The notes beneath the pieces are model-generated. The model saw only the letters and a list, made by a program, of their open reading frames with translations, was not told the DNA's origin and searched no databases. From Camelus dromedarius (Eukaryota), in assembly GCF_036321535.1 (NCBI RefSeq), contig NC_087436.1, positions 81,098,001-81,162,000 on the forward strand: 64,000 nt of DNA, written 5' to 3'. The position numbers and the translations under genes are program-made. Below are positions 28,381 through 41,359 of this stretch, piece after piece. The number at the start of each line of letters is the position of its first letter. Position 1 is the first letter of the stretch.

Positions 28381-28502
28381 ATTTACTTGACATAAATTGT
28401 TAGAATTGCAGCTTGCCCATAGTGTTTGGGATTGTGAAATCTTAATAAGTGCTGTGTTAGCCAACTCAAATAAAACCACTCCTAAGTCGCCAACTCTGCA
28501 AA
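28381..28502 (+). repeat. Local direct duplication, copy 2
   Basis: Aligns to 27479-27599. Confidence 0.93.
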
Positions 28503-28599
28503 CAGAGGAGAAAGTGCTAGGGAATATTAAATCAATGCCTTCTCAGTCTCCTACATAATTTACAGTCTGAACACAATCAGCTAAGCAAATGAGGACTTG

Positions 28600-29575
28600 A
28601 ACTCACTTCCTCTTCCTCTCTTCCACTCCATGTCTCCTTTCTTGGAGAATGGCGTCACCGAAGCAGAAATTAGGGAGAGTGTAATTTTAGGTCATCAATT
28701 CCTAGTGACCTAACTCTGATCATTTCTTTCAAATCTGCTTGCCTTGCCTCCTGCCACATCCAAACTCAGGACTTAATTCATTCTTGCCTGAAAGTTTGCA
28801 TTGCCTCTCAAACCATTCCTTGCCTGGAATCTCTCTGTATCATTTGCAAAATTTCCCCCACATTCCCTACAAAGGGACCTACCAACGCTCAAGCATATCA
28901 TGGCTTTCCTATGCTCATAACCCTTTAGTAGCTCATAGGACCTAAAGCAGTTATAAAAGAGGGACATGCAACATGATCTGTGAATGCTTAAGAAAATGCA
29001 GATGAAAGGCTTCACCTAACATCTATGAAATTGGAATCTCTTGAGTTAGGGCCCAGGCGTGTGTTTGGAAAAGGATCTCTAGGTCATATCCAACAACTGT
29101 CCTACAAAATAAAATACGAATTTCTTTGTATGGCATACAGAGCCCTTCATTATTTGTGCTCTGCCTTGGACGTTTTTAGGTGACACTTTATATTTTTGCT
29201 TCATCAACACTGAACTCCTTTTAGTTTGAGGAACACAGTTTCCTCTTCTGCCTCAGGGCCTTTGCATTGACATTCCTTCTGGCTGCACTACCCTTTCCTT
29301 GAATCATCTTACCTGTCTTTCTAGCTTTGCTTTCCCTAAGCCCTTCTGCCCTTCCTAGCAAGAATTAAATGGTTTGTTTCCTGTATTCCCTCTATATCTT
29401 GTCCATAGGTCCATTAAAAATATTATCATATGATAGGTTTCTATCTTTCCTTCCAAGAAATTAAAAATGATATTTACGTTTCCATATTCCAGTAACTTGG
29501 CTCCGGGTAGGTGATGAGATTAGTATATGTCAAATGAAAATATGAGTAAGCAAATGAATATGTGAATGAATAGAA
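28600..29575 (+). mobile_element. L2 3' portion, with a probable degenerate MER5-like insertion at about 28945-29095
   Basis: 'ctgcctcagggcctttgcattgacattccttctggct', tail 'aaatgaatatgtgaatgaat'; inset 'ggaatctcttgagttagggcccagg'. Confidence 0.7.
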
Positions 29576-32127
29576 ATGACCCAGCTGAGCTTGTGGATGA
29601 GGAAGCTGGGAGCTGTATATAAACAGAGGTTTGGATGCAGCCTTTTATGTTGGGTCTGTGAGTACAGGGCATCTATTTCTGTTAAGAAGGCACTTCTTTT
29701 TCTTCTGGAGTCTTCAAAAACACTGTTTCCCTGCTCTAGTACATTTATGTAGTTGAAAGCAGAGCTTTCTGTAGAACTTTTCTTGTGCTGACTTCTGAGG
29801 TTGGGAAGTTATTGGTGAATACGAGGATTGCCCGTAAAAATGACTGTCTGCTGGGGCCGCTACTGAAAGGCAGAATGTGCCGCATATACCACTGAACAAG
29901 TGCAGAGAAATCACTAAGATTTTTCTTAGAGAAACCTCAAAAGACCCAAGATCTGAGGTAAGTGCTTTTTCCCCATTTATGGAGCAGAGTTACCAACTTT
30001 TAACTTATTCCATCCTTTTGAAACCCAAGCTTTTTAGTGAAACTGTAACCTATGAAAAGATTAATGAGTTTAATCAGAACACAACACATTCCTAATGAGG
30101 AAACAGGCTTGGGAAAGGTTTTGCACCTTAGGAGCCCTTCTGTTGCTATTCTGATGTGTTTTCTGTGTATAAGTGAATCCTAAACCATGTGGGTTGAATT
30201 TCTCTTAAAAATACTTAGCCTTGGGCATAAAGAGAATGAGCACCAGGAGAAAATCTGAGCGGAGGAGGAATGAAGTAGGGAGAGAAGATGTTTAGTTAAG
30301 CCAGGTGGTGGCAAGATGAGACCTTTCAATTCTGGCTACAAACCTCCCTTGTTTGTGAATTTCCTTTGACTTGTGATTCCTTCCAGCCCAGCCTTCTTTA
30401 GGACTGTGCAAATGGTTTCTCAGCTCTCTGGGACTTCATGACTTTGTTCCAGTCATGGCATAGGATGGACACAGATGTCACGATGGAGACGCCAAACGGG
30501 AGTGACCGTCCTTCAGTGTCTCCCCTGACCCAGCCCACCCAGCCCACTTACCCCACCCACCCCACTCTTCATTAGAGTTGCAGAGACTGGTCGAGCCAGT
30601 GAGTTAGGTGGAATCTTTTGCATCCCCAGCTTAAGTATTTCTCTGTATCAAAAGTATTGCAGACAGAGCTTAGCTACCCAGTCAGCTGACCCATCTGTCA
30701 TAGCAGTGAGTTTTGGTGCCAAGGAAAAAGAGGCAGACTTCTGGTTCCAGTCTGTCTCTGGTGGCCCAGGAAGAAGCTGGCTGTGTGGATATCTCCATGG
30801 CAAGGAAACATTCATGGCTCAGTGTCAGTCAGGATGAGGGTTGAGGGGAAACTTTATTTAAAGACATTTGGAAAGTGGAAATGGAAAATACCAAATTTGA
30901 GCATTCAGAGGCCAGCTGTCCCTCTTTGTATAATTAAATATCTCCCCTACCGAGTGCTTATTTTCTTCATGTCTAGTGTTTTGATGTTCTGCAACCACAG
31001 TGGTGTAATAGCATGCTATCTTTAATCATACATTGAATTTATGTCATCCTTTCTCTAAGGCACTGCATTTTTTATAGACATTTAGTTCAGTTCTCCTTTC
31101 TGGACTCAGAGGAGTGTGAGTTTCATCTCTGTGAAGCTTGCCAGTGGCTGTGGCATGTTTTTGATAGAAGAAGCTAGAGAAGAGGTTTTCTTTTAATAAG
31201 ATAAAGATGAGCTTATTCAGGGAGCATGTTCAGTCTGTAGCAGCTGTGTTGACTCCTGCCCTTCCTTTTGCTTAAGTTCTACCTCCTGTTAGTGGTTGGG
31301 TTTGAAGATTCCCTGCTGTGGACTTGCACTTGTACTGTCTTTATTTGGGGCAGTTCTTCATTCTCCTTCATAACGATACCGAAAGCCCACAAGGCACCCC
31401 CCTCACCTGTATGCGGCTTCTTTTAAACGGTGATCACAATGTATTGTATAGTTCTTAAAATTTGGTGCTGTTTCGTATTCATTGCACAGCTGAATTTTCA
31501 GTTACCTTTCATGATTTTATTTCAATTACTTCATGGTGTGGGAAATGGAACTTCCCTGTTTCTCTCTCTGGCCTTTCTTTTATGCCTTCTGTTCTACTCT
31601 GAGAATGCAGTTTTCAGGATGTGAGTAAAAGAGAAAGAAGGAGGAAGGCTCCAGTTCAGACGGGGAGAGGTGGAAAAGTGCTTAGAGAGTGTTTTAGTTC
31701 AACCATTTCACTATATAAGCAGGGACATCTAAGCATGGCCGTGAGTCACTCTAGAGTTGATGGCTAAACTTGGTTTAGTGCACTAAGTCACCTGAAGTAA
31801 GAGACTTTTCCCTTATACCTGCAGGAGCCGTGTTTTTAGAACCCTCAAATTTAGTTCCCTGATCCGGCAATGCTCTTTTTAAAAAAAAATATGTGAATTT
31901 ACTTACATGAAAAAGATTTATGAAGGTTTTTACAAGGTCACATTTTGTTGCCTAGCTTACATTTAACGGAAATAATATCACAAGAAATCTGCACTGACAG
32001 AAAATCTGAAAAAAATGAGTTGTTGTTAATGCACAGAAGAATCTCATGTCTTATCCTAGCCTGGCCCCCAAGCTTACCTGACAAGTTAGTGGCAACTGGA
32101 CTAAAACCCTAGTCTACCGACCAGGAC

Positions 32128-32275
32128 CATGGTTCTCAATCTTCAGCTTTTATCGGAACCACCTGGAAAGCCAGTTCAGTGTGTCTGGGGTAGAGCCCCA
32201 TAACTTGCATTTCTAAGACCGTTCCTAGATGCTGTTGGTGCTGCGAGGCCTGTGATCACGCTTTGAGAACCACTG
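32128..32275 (+). mobile_element. MER5A (internally deleted) hAT-Charlie element
   Basis: 'tggttctcaa...tctggggtagagcccc...ttgcatttctaa...gctttgagaaccactg', with terminal inverted repeats. Confidence 0.85.
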
Positions 32276-32534
32276 CTCTAGCAGAAGTGGTAGGCTTTAC
32301 ATCTGTGACCACCAGACTAATGGAAAGGGATTAAGCAGTCAAATTCAACTAGTCTTGCTGAACACCCCTCTCAGTATTAAACTAAGAGTATTTATCTTCC
32401 GCTGTCAAAGGTGTACTCATCTTTTTGACTATTGTATGAGTTGTGTCTCAGCGTCACTTATCCCAGAACAATACAAAATCTCTTTACTATATGGTTGTAA
32501 CAGTAGTATTGATCTTACCAAAATAATATGATCG

Positions 32535-32770
32535 TAACAAAAATATCCTCCTTTACATTGTACTAAGTAAATGCATATATACATGATCTATGTCAACCTC
32601 CCTTTAAAAGTTGCCATAGCAAATGTTATTCTGTACAGTCTACAGATTAAAATGCTGAATCTCATCTGAGACCGTACATGACTCCAAAATCACAAAGCTA
32701 GTAAGCGCAGAGACAGCAAGGATTGGAACTCAGTTTTTCTGACTCCAAGCCCTGCGTTCCTCTGACAGAC
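32535..32770 (-). mobile_element. MIR SINE
   Basis: 'aaatcacaaagctagtaagcgcagag...ggattggaactcagtttttctgactccaagcc'. Confidence 0.7.
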
Positions 32771-33049
32771 TAAGAGTGGAAATAGCTGAGCTGATGGCCC
32801 CTTTCATTGTCACAGACGGCATGTCCGTCTGAACACCATTGGCTATGCAGGATATATGCAGATTAACCCTGTAAACCTTGCACTAATCGTTCACGTTTCA
32901 ACACTCTTATAACCATCTTGAACTGACCTGAAGGATCGCCTCGAGGCAGGCTTTTTTTACTCTTTGAGAATTCCTAATAGAGGATAGGGACAAAAATAAA
33001 GCCCAAAGTAGCTGCAAATAAATCTACATCTAGCCAACGAGAGCTGTAG

Positions 33050-33500
33050 AGACCTCTTCACAGATGCTAAGAGGGCAGCTTAACAATTTGTAATTGAAGA
33101 GTTAAGGCTGAAAAATCTCCATGGAGGTTACTCTTGAGCAATGTTTGGAAAAGAAGATATGTGATGTGGTTTGCGATACAGAAGGAGAGAGTACTTCAGG
33201 CAACAACAACAAAGAAGGAGTAAAGGCAAGAGTAAAGGCCGAAAGATGGGATTGTATGTCAGAAGCCGGCTGGAAAACCAAGATGCCTGTGTCCCTGAGA
33301 TATTCAGCTAAGATAGTGAATATAATTAGGGTTTCCCTAATGGAAGTGCAGCAAGAATCCAAATAAAAAATGCAAGACGTGTCATCTCCCCTTACTAGTC
33401 CTCTCTGCACCTTTTCTGTAGGCAAGTGTATTTATAGGGAGATTTGGCCTGTATCCTGCAGTTATGGGAAGTGACGTTAGCAGGTCAGGATGGCTAGAAA
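33050..33500 (-). mobile_element. L2 fragment
   Basis: 'ccatggaggttactcttgagcaatgtttggaa'; purine-rich degenerate L2. Confidence 0.5.
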
Positions 33501-34094
33501 AGAGCTGGCAGTATGTTGCATTGGTCAGCACGTGTGAAATTCCAGACACTGCACTGCACTGGCCAGAAGAATCTGGAAAGTTCTGTGAGAGACTGGATTG
33601 TGGGACCCCCATTTCTGGATAGCCTCCTGGCAGAAAATTTCCTGTAATATTTAAAATGGATGAGACCAATCTTTTGCAAATGGCAGATGCCACCTGTAGA
33701 AACTTCCAGCTCCTGGAAAGGTGATGACGGTGAGGCTAGGGAGTTATTGCAGTGATTTGAGGACCCACTAGTGACTCTGAAGTGTGAACTTTGCTGCGCT
33801 TGACATCATGTTGACCTTCAGTTGGTATGTGGCTCACCTCATTTGATGAAGCAAAGCTGCCTCTGTGTTTGAACATGCCCCTGGTGTTACACGCTCCTGT
33901 CTCTACCTGCAGTCACCCTCAGGATTCACACAGAATTGTGTTGGCTTTGAAATGCATATCTGGCTCCCACTCTCAGCCTCAGCAACTGGGGTGATATCCT
34001 GCACAGAGTCCCCATTTTGTGGCCCTGTCTCCCACTGTTAGGTAAAAGCTGCCTGGAAGACTCCAGAATTAAAATGGAGAAGTAATGAAAAGAG

Positions 34095-34335
34095 TTTCCT
34101 AAGTTACAAACAATTGATGATGATCATAAAATTGATGGTAAGTTTTCATTGCATAGTTTGATTGATAATGGCGGTTGTCACAGCAGCCTTGAACAGAATG
34201 CTCCTGCGAACAAGATAATTTATCTCCGTTTTTGCATAAATATTTTAACATGAAAGGCATAATAAATCTGTCCATAGTATGCACCCAGTGGGCTGTCAAA
34301 CCTGCCACCTGTTTAAGGTTTTAATGAACTATTCT
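34095..34335. promoter_or_regulatory. Candidate conserved non-coding element / developmental enhancer
   Basis: Repeat-free; PBX-HOX-type TGATTGAT next to MEIS-type TGTCA, plus posterior-HOX-type CATAAAA/CATAAA motifs and an E-box; motif evidence only. Confidence 0.35.
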
Positions 34336-35339
34336 GCATTCAGCAAAAAACCACAAGTTAAGGACAACATTTTGCTTTGCTGCTGCCCCAGGAATTTTGA
34401 GAGATCACTTTGCAAAATACTCTAAATGGGGCAACATTGACTTTTTCCCTAGAATTTAGCAACAGCTGTTAAGCAAGCTTCCCCAGATTCACTGGGACTT
34501 GGGGTCGGGGGGTTAGAGGCAGAGTGTGGGGTGAATGGAGAGTCAGAACTCCAGTGAGGTAGAAAAAGAGCACAGGACGAAGAGTCAAGAAACCTAGAAG
34601 TTTGACTTGGTATTCCTACTGTTGTTTGGTGACCTTTGGGCTCCTGAGGATCCTCTGTTGGAATGGACGGTGTGGGTCCTATGTTTGGAGGTGGAGGGTG
34701 AGGAACAGAATTATGAGGAGAAACAGGCAGCGTCAGGCCAGAGGGGCCAAGCTTGCTTATTCATCTTTGAAAGTTTTGCTGAGGCCAGCAGAGCAATGTC
34801 ATCTCATTCCCGAAACATACTGCCCTTTAATTCTGTCAAAAGATGTAATTGTTTTGAAGTCTAATCGTACGTTAAGGAAAGGATTCCTGTATTTTCTGTT
34901 CCAGGTGTCCTGAAAAGACATGGGTGCCTGCACTCTTGAAAAAGGGCAGCACATGAAAGAAGCCAACAGAGCCTCTGCCTCCTTGAGGCTAGAGGAAGGG
35001 AGGCTCGGCCACAGGGGGTGGAAGGATCCTCCTGGGGCAGAGCCGAGCCCCCATGCTGGGGGAAATGGTGACTTTGTGCAGGCTTTTTACACCAAGCAGT
35101 GTTGCTCCTGAGCAGCATGGATAACCTGAATCAAGAGCTTTGATTAAACAAAGGTCATTAGCAAAAGACAGACATGTGGGTCACTGCTTTTCCTTCTGCT
35201 GTGGTCTTTTCTCTTCATCCTCCTCATAACATCTTAATGAGCTTTTAATCCTTCATTTTTATGTTAGTATGTTTATACACAGAGATTTATCTTGTACTCC
35301 TGACCTTGGCAGACAGTCCATGGTTAATATGCACATTTG

Positions 35340-35770
35340 GCGGGTGGAAGGGATTTGAGTTTGCCACCCAGCCTAGTTAGGCACGCAGCTGATACCTCCC
35401 TGCTGTCCCTTAGGGTGACAGCCAAGCTCCAGCGGGCTTAATTAGCCTATTTCACATTCAGAATGTATTTTCCAGATAGCCTTTGGACCTGGCAGGCCAC
35501 TCAGGGCGCAGCCATTCCTGCTGCTGCTGCTCCTATTGATGGGGAAGTGAGCTTTCACCATGAATTGAACTCTTGTCAGTCCTCTGATAACATTTCAAGG
35601 GTAAAAATCCCTTTGATCTTCTTCTCATTTCTTTTAATAGTGATCCCTCAAGAGGAATAAAGCCCAGGTTGACTAGCCAGCAAGTGATGCCACAGGTGCA
35701 CAAAGTCTGTTTAAGTCAGGGATGCATGTTTTATCAACTGTCAGGAAAACAAGCATGAGCCACCGTGTGT
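35340..35770. promoter_or_regulatory. Candidate enhancer
   Basis: Repeat-free; CAGCTG and CAGGTG E-boxes, TTAATTA, TGACA/TGTCA, TCF/LEF-type CCTTTGAT; motif evidence only. Confidence 0.3.
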
Positions 35771-38639
35771 TGGGATTATGTATTATTTTTCAATTTTGTA
35801 GGCTATTATTTACTAAGTCATTTTGAAGGGGTTATTTTTACGTGAAAAGCAATATCAGAATTCATCCTCAGCAAGAGATCTAGGTCCAGTGCCCAAGTTT
35901 GTTTTTATTTATAATACTTTCCAAAGTTTTAAAAGAGGCACAAACGAAACATTAAAATAAGAGCCAAATAATAAAGCAGTTGGAGAAGTACAATTAATAC
36001 CAGAAGGCTTAGGCGCATGTTGACTGTAATTGTAGCTACTCAGGGTTGAAAAGGACTGTGAAACTGGGTAGTATCAATTTCTCAGACTGCAAATACAGTG
36101 TTAAATAAGCTGTAATTACAATTTTTAGATAATTTATATTAATCTGAATTGCAAATTCCTATTCTGACTTACAATCAAAATATGCTTCACACAATTCTTA
36201 GCTGTTTTCAGATTTACTGTCAGTTGAGACAGGATTTTTAATCCCCCTCCTTGTCTTCGAAAGTAGCACTATGTTCTGGGGAGTAAGTGGCAATACGGCA
36301 CCGAGAGTGTCCAGACCCTGTTGGAATCCACTGCGATGAAAATCCTTCCTTCAGAGAAATGGACTCCACATACTTGTATCTGTTGAGAGAATGTCCTGTG
36401 TTTTCTTGGTCTCTGGTCCTCAGTCCATGAATTTTCTATCTTATCCACATAGCAAATCCTCTCTTCACTCTCAGCTAACGCCAGTGCCTTCCTTTGAGAC
36501 ACTTGAAGATTAAACTGCTCCTCCATGCTCCCTGAATCCCGCATTCTGCAGGTACTGTACCGTGCGGGGAGGGAGTGATAAACCCTAGCACTTGCTTTTT
36601 AGAAAAATTGACTTTGAGCCTCAGCTCAAGGATGGCAGGACACAGCGTCATCTCTCTGAGAGTCTTACCAGTGCCTGTCTCTCTTGTTTCTCCTGCAGTT
36701 CCTCTCTCCCATTACAGGCCCAGGTCTGTATTCTTTTTTAATCTAGTTGAAAGTGGAACTAGGGAGTAGAGAAGAGGGAAGATACTGGTTCTGCCCAGTT
36801 GAACTTTCTGCCATATTCTTGGCCTGAAGCTTTTACACTTTGCTACTCATTTGAGGTTTTCCCTCTATGATTCTCTTCCCCTCCAAGGAGATGGAAGTGT
36901 CCTTCCAGTGGCCCAGATGAGGGAGCTCAGGAACAGTGCATCATCACACACATATCGTGCAAGCGCAGTTATCTCCAGTCCTATGAACCTGCTTGACCTG
37001 AGCACCAGATGACAGTCTAGACTCTGTTTAAATAGTCCCATTGACAAGAAACTACTGACATCCAATAATTTCCTTTTCTATTATTGAACAACAATTATTA
37101 ACATTTAAAAAGTGTCTCTATTACTGAAATGTAACTCCCTATGGATGTTCCTTTTTCCATTCGTGCCTATCCATCGCCCAGCATCCAGTGAGCTGAAACA
37201 GAAAGGTAGTAAAAAAGCTCTGTCTACCACCCAGCGCATAAACAACATTTCATTGAATGCCCTGCTGCCAAAGTAAACTACATATTTGGAAAGTTATTGC
37301 TAAATTGAAACCAGTTAATGCCGAGAGGCAAAAATGTACCCGAGGAGTTTCATGTATCTTCTCTCATTCGAGTTTTGATGATACTAAACTGTGAACTCCT
37401 GGGGATAGGGGCTGTAACGTCTTCATCCTTCCACATAATACCCTGCTCCTAGTATGTACCTGCATAGTATTTCAAATTTGTGAGATAAAGGTTGCTTTTA
37501 CATGTTTCAGAGTAAATTAAGACTCTAAGTGACCAAGCCAGAGTCACACAGGTAGTCTGTGGCAGAGGTGAAATAAAATGGAAATATTCTGAACCCACAT
37601 GCATGGGTAACTCCCCAATTCCCACTTTTTGGATGAATATAGCACTGCATATGTCATGAGTTAGGATGTATATGTTGAGTATCACAAGCTTCCCAAAGCC
37701 CAAGAGTCCCCTCTAACAAGCATGAAAAAATCTCAGTGATGGGCCGTCCTCTTAATATTTTCCTGATGGTTCCCTAAAGTGACGAATGCATACTATAGAG
37801 AGAACTCTTAGAGCACAGCCTGCTTAAAGGATGGTCCTGGTATCCAGGAGTGTGTTTTAATACTGGAGTTTTTACATAAGAATTACTATAGATTTTTCTT
37901 TAGACTCAACAGAGAGCCTTCAAATATGTAGAAATACTCCTATGATAATTTTAAGACTCGGAACTCAAATGATGTCCTAACTCTTCCCGAATCTTACTTT
38001 ATGAGAATGTCTTTCCTTTATTTTTTTTATTAGGCAATAAGATTTAATAAGAATATATGTATTGTTCTCTAAGAAGCCGACCAGCCCAGCTGACTCCAGC
38101 ATGAGCAACCTGACAGTCCTGTGACTCAAGTCTAATTTGAGGTTCCCAGTGAACAGAGATTCTGGTTTTGTTTCAGATGCCAGTAATTTTTTTTTCCATG
38201 TTCCTTCCTCCAAGAAGCACCACAAACCTAACCACATAATGAATAGCATTTGATACAGTTAAACATGATGTAAGTTCAAGGAAGCCTTTGCTAACTCATG
38301 TGACTTCCCTCCGAGGGCTTTGTCCTGTTTGGAACGTTGGAGTCAGACATGGCTGGTCAGTAGGAGATAACAGCTTCTTTGAGCTCTCTAAATGCATCTG
38401 GAAATCACAAGTTCACCTCAGAGACTGCTCAGTCTTTCTAGGAAGGAAGTCAAAGAATTTATATGTATGAAATTTAGAGGTAGTGTTCAGAAAAATCTAT
38501 GTATTCAGATTCCATATGCAAAATAACAACAGGTAACAGCTCTTACATGATCTTCATAGAGGAAATTGAACTGTCCAAGTTGGAGAGAAGTTATAGATCA
38601 GCTTTGTTAATATGTGTTCATTATCCATGCCTTTATCTT

Positions 38640-38731
38640 TGTTTTAATTGAAGTACAGTCAATTATAATGTGTCAATTTCTGGTGTATAGCATAATGTCT
38701 CCTTCGTACATATATATACATGTATTTGTTT
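38640..38731 (-). mobile_element. Extremely 5'-truncated young L1 (92 bp) with 16-bp TSD
   Basis: Insert matches the L1 3' terminus also seen at 16381-16599; TSD TCCATGCCTTTATCTT at 38624-38639 and 38732-38747. Confidence 0.9.
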
Positions 38732-38817
38732 TCCATGCCTTTATCTTAATGGTGCTTTCAATTTAATAACAAAATGCTTTCTTGTAGAAGAAGTGTAGGG
38801 AAAATAAATGAAATACT

Positions 38818-39062
38818 ATAGCTAAGATTAATTGAGCACTTACTATGTGTTGTGTGCTGTTCAAGATGATTTACATGGAGTATATATTTAAATCCTTAAA
38901 ATACCCCTAGAATGTGGTTGCCACTGTGATTTGCATTTTATAGATGAGAAGCTAGGGCTAAGTTAAGAGACTTGCCCAGGGTTGAAAACTATTATAGAAC
39001 CAAATTCACACCAGTCTGTTTGATTCAAGTCTGGGTTCTTAACCACAATATTCCACTCTGCC
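38818..39062 (-). mobile_element. MIR SINE, near full length
   Basis: 'ttgagcacttactatgtg...cattttatagatgagaa...gacttgcccagg...ttcttaaccac'. Confidence 0.85.
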
Positions 39063-40068
39063 CTAAAAGAGGATCTATTTCAGGAAGCATTCACAAAGCT
39101 GAATTGGACAGTGTCCTCTGAGTTTCAGTACCAGTGGTCCACTGTCAGTCACTACATTAAAAAGAAAAATGTATAGATATGTAACTTAGCCACAGATAGA
39201 CAAATATTCCTGACTACTTGTATGGTATGACTTTGCAGTTAAAGCAACAGAGTGCTCTAATTTGAAAATAGTATGCTAATTCACTGTATTACCAGAAAGC
39301 TTTAGGATCTTACTTGAATGAGAATGGTTTGCATTGCCTCAGACTTACGCATTTTCACAAAGCAGGGGCAATGGGGTTCCATCCTGTGAACCCTACAGAA
39401 TAAACTGAGGGAAATCAAAGGCAGCATCCTGACTCTTTCAGCTCCTGTGATCTTCTCACATGGCCACAAAGCAGACCAAACTGCAATGTTTGGGGAACTA
39501 GCCAGAAGAGAGATGCAGGAGGTGCTATGCAAATACAGAATCATCATTTTAGCCTCCAGAAACAGAACTCAAGAAGTTGCCTTCAAGGATTGCCAAAGTT
39601 CAGGGTAGAGTTGAAAAATCAAGAGAAAAATATTCCTGCCACTTTATGTGTTCTTTGAATCTTGTTTGCATAGCACATTTACCTCCTCTTGATAGACATT
39701 AAGAATCAGGCACCACGAAAACTGCAATGATTACCTTAACAGTGTTGGACTTTAGGCAAAAGAGCCAGGATAGAGATAACCTACTCCTTCAAGGAGCAGT
39801 AGCACTCCTGTTTCTCACCAGTGTAGCCAGTGGATCTCAGGCTTATCTGATATATTTAGCACTTTAAAGACAGGTAATATGTATTTGCTCATGAATTTCC
39901 CATTGCCAGAAATCTCTCTTCTCTGCCTGTTACATTCCAAGAAATGAGGGATATCCTAGGCTTCTGTACCTATACTGACCCAAAGTTAGGGTTCAGAGCT
40001 TGGATGAGCCAAGTCCTCTACCCCTCACATCCCCTGACTTCATTACTAATTCTCACATCCCTCAGTTA

Positions 40069-40139
40069 GTTGTGTGTGTGTGTGTGTGTGTGTTTATTTG
40101 TGTGTGTGTGGAGGGCAGAGAGAGAGACAGAGACAGAGA
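40069..40139. repeat. Compound (TG)n/(GA)n microsatellite
   Basis: Read directly. Confidence 0.9.
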
Positions 40140-40577
40140 TTGGGGTACATAGGAAGCAATGAGTCTTGATAATAAAAAGTGGAGTTCTTATAGATATAAC
40201 TTGGGGTATTTTGGGGAGGATGACAGGGGAGGGGATCTGTATTATTTCCGTAAGAAAACTTCCCATCTGTCAGCACATGCTTACATAAATCCCCCACGCA
40301 TTGCAGTGGTGTGAAATGATGAAATCCTATCCCTGTCCATGAAGGTTAAAAAAAAAGCTCTCAAAAAACCTCATTTTATAGATGGACCTATACAAAGACC
40401 TAGACCATGATCTTTCAATTGTTTGATTGCTCATTTAACTCTTAACTTATCTACTCACTAAAAAAATAAATTTGAGCTAAGTTTTTATTAAAACATGACT
40501 TCTGTTAGAATAGGTGTCCTGGATTATTACAAAATATTTTGAAGTTGTCACACTTTGTAATATTCAAGCATATTACT

Positions 40578-41345
40578 TTTTAAATACGTTTTATTGTGAT
40601 AAAAACAAATAACATGAGATCTATTCTCCACAAATTTTGAAGTGTACAGTGCAAATATTGTTAACCATGTGCACAATGTTGTACACTAGATCTCCAGAAT
40701 TTTCTCACCTGGCAAAACTGAAACACTATACCCATCAAACAGCACCCTCAATTCCCCTTCTCATCAGCCCTGGCAGCTACCATTCTACTTTCTGCTTCTA
40801 TGAGCTTGACTACTTAGATACCTCATGTAAGTGGAATCATGCAGTATTTGTCCTTCTGTGACTGGCTTATTTCACTAACCATCATGTCCTCAAGGTTCAT
40901 TCATGTTGAAGCATATGACAAGATTTCCTTTTCTAAGGCTGATTTACATTCCATGTACATATATATATATACACATACACACACATATATATATATGTAT
41001 ATATATAGCACATTTTCTTTATCCATTTACAATAAACATGGGAGTATAAATATCTCATTGAGATTCTGTTTTCAATTCTTTTGAATAAATACCCAGAATT
41101 GGGATTGGATCACATGGTAGTTGTTTTTTTTAATTTTTGAGAAACCTCTGTACTGTTTTCCATAGTGACTATTCTGTTTTCCATTCCTACCAACAGTGCA
41201 AGAGCACAAAGGTTCCAGTTTCTTCACTTCCTCAAACTTGTTTTTATTTGTCTTTGTTTTTTAATAATGGCTATCCTAACAGGTATGAGGTACAGCTCAT
41301 TATGGTTTTGATTTAGATTTCCCTGATGAGTAGTGATAAAACATT
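40578..41345 (-). mobile_element. L1 (L1MA-like) 3' UTR and ORF2 C-terminal remnant
   Basis: 'tacctcatgtaagtggaatcatgcagtatttgtcc...aaatacccagaattgggatt...atcctaacaggtatgagg'. Confidence 0.9.
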
Positions 41346-41359
41346 TTAATTTTTAAAAA

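Noticed and set aside
27479..28502. CRISPR-like or LTR-pair reading of the direct repeats
   Set aside because: Only two long copies in mammalian DNA, with no TG...CA termini, PBS or polypurine tract
29877..29963. Consensus + strand donor GAG|GTAAGT after an open frame
   Set aside because: No convincing acceptor or recognisable peptide; such donors occur by chance in 64 kb
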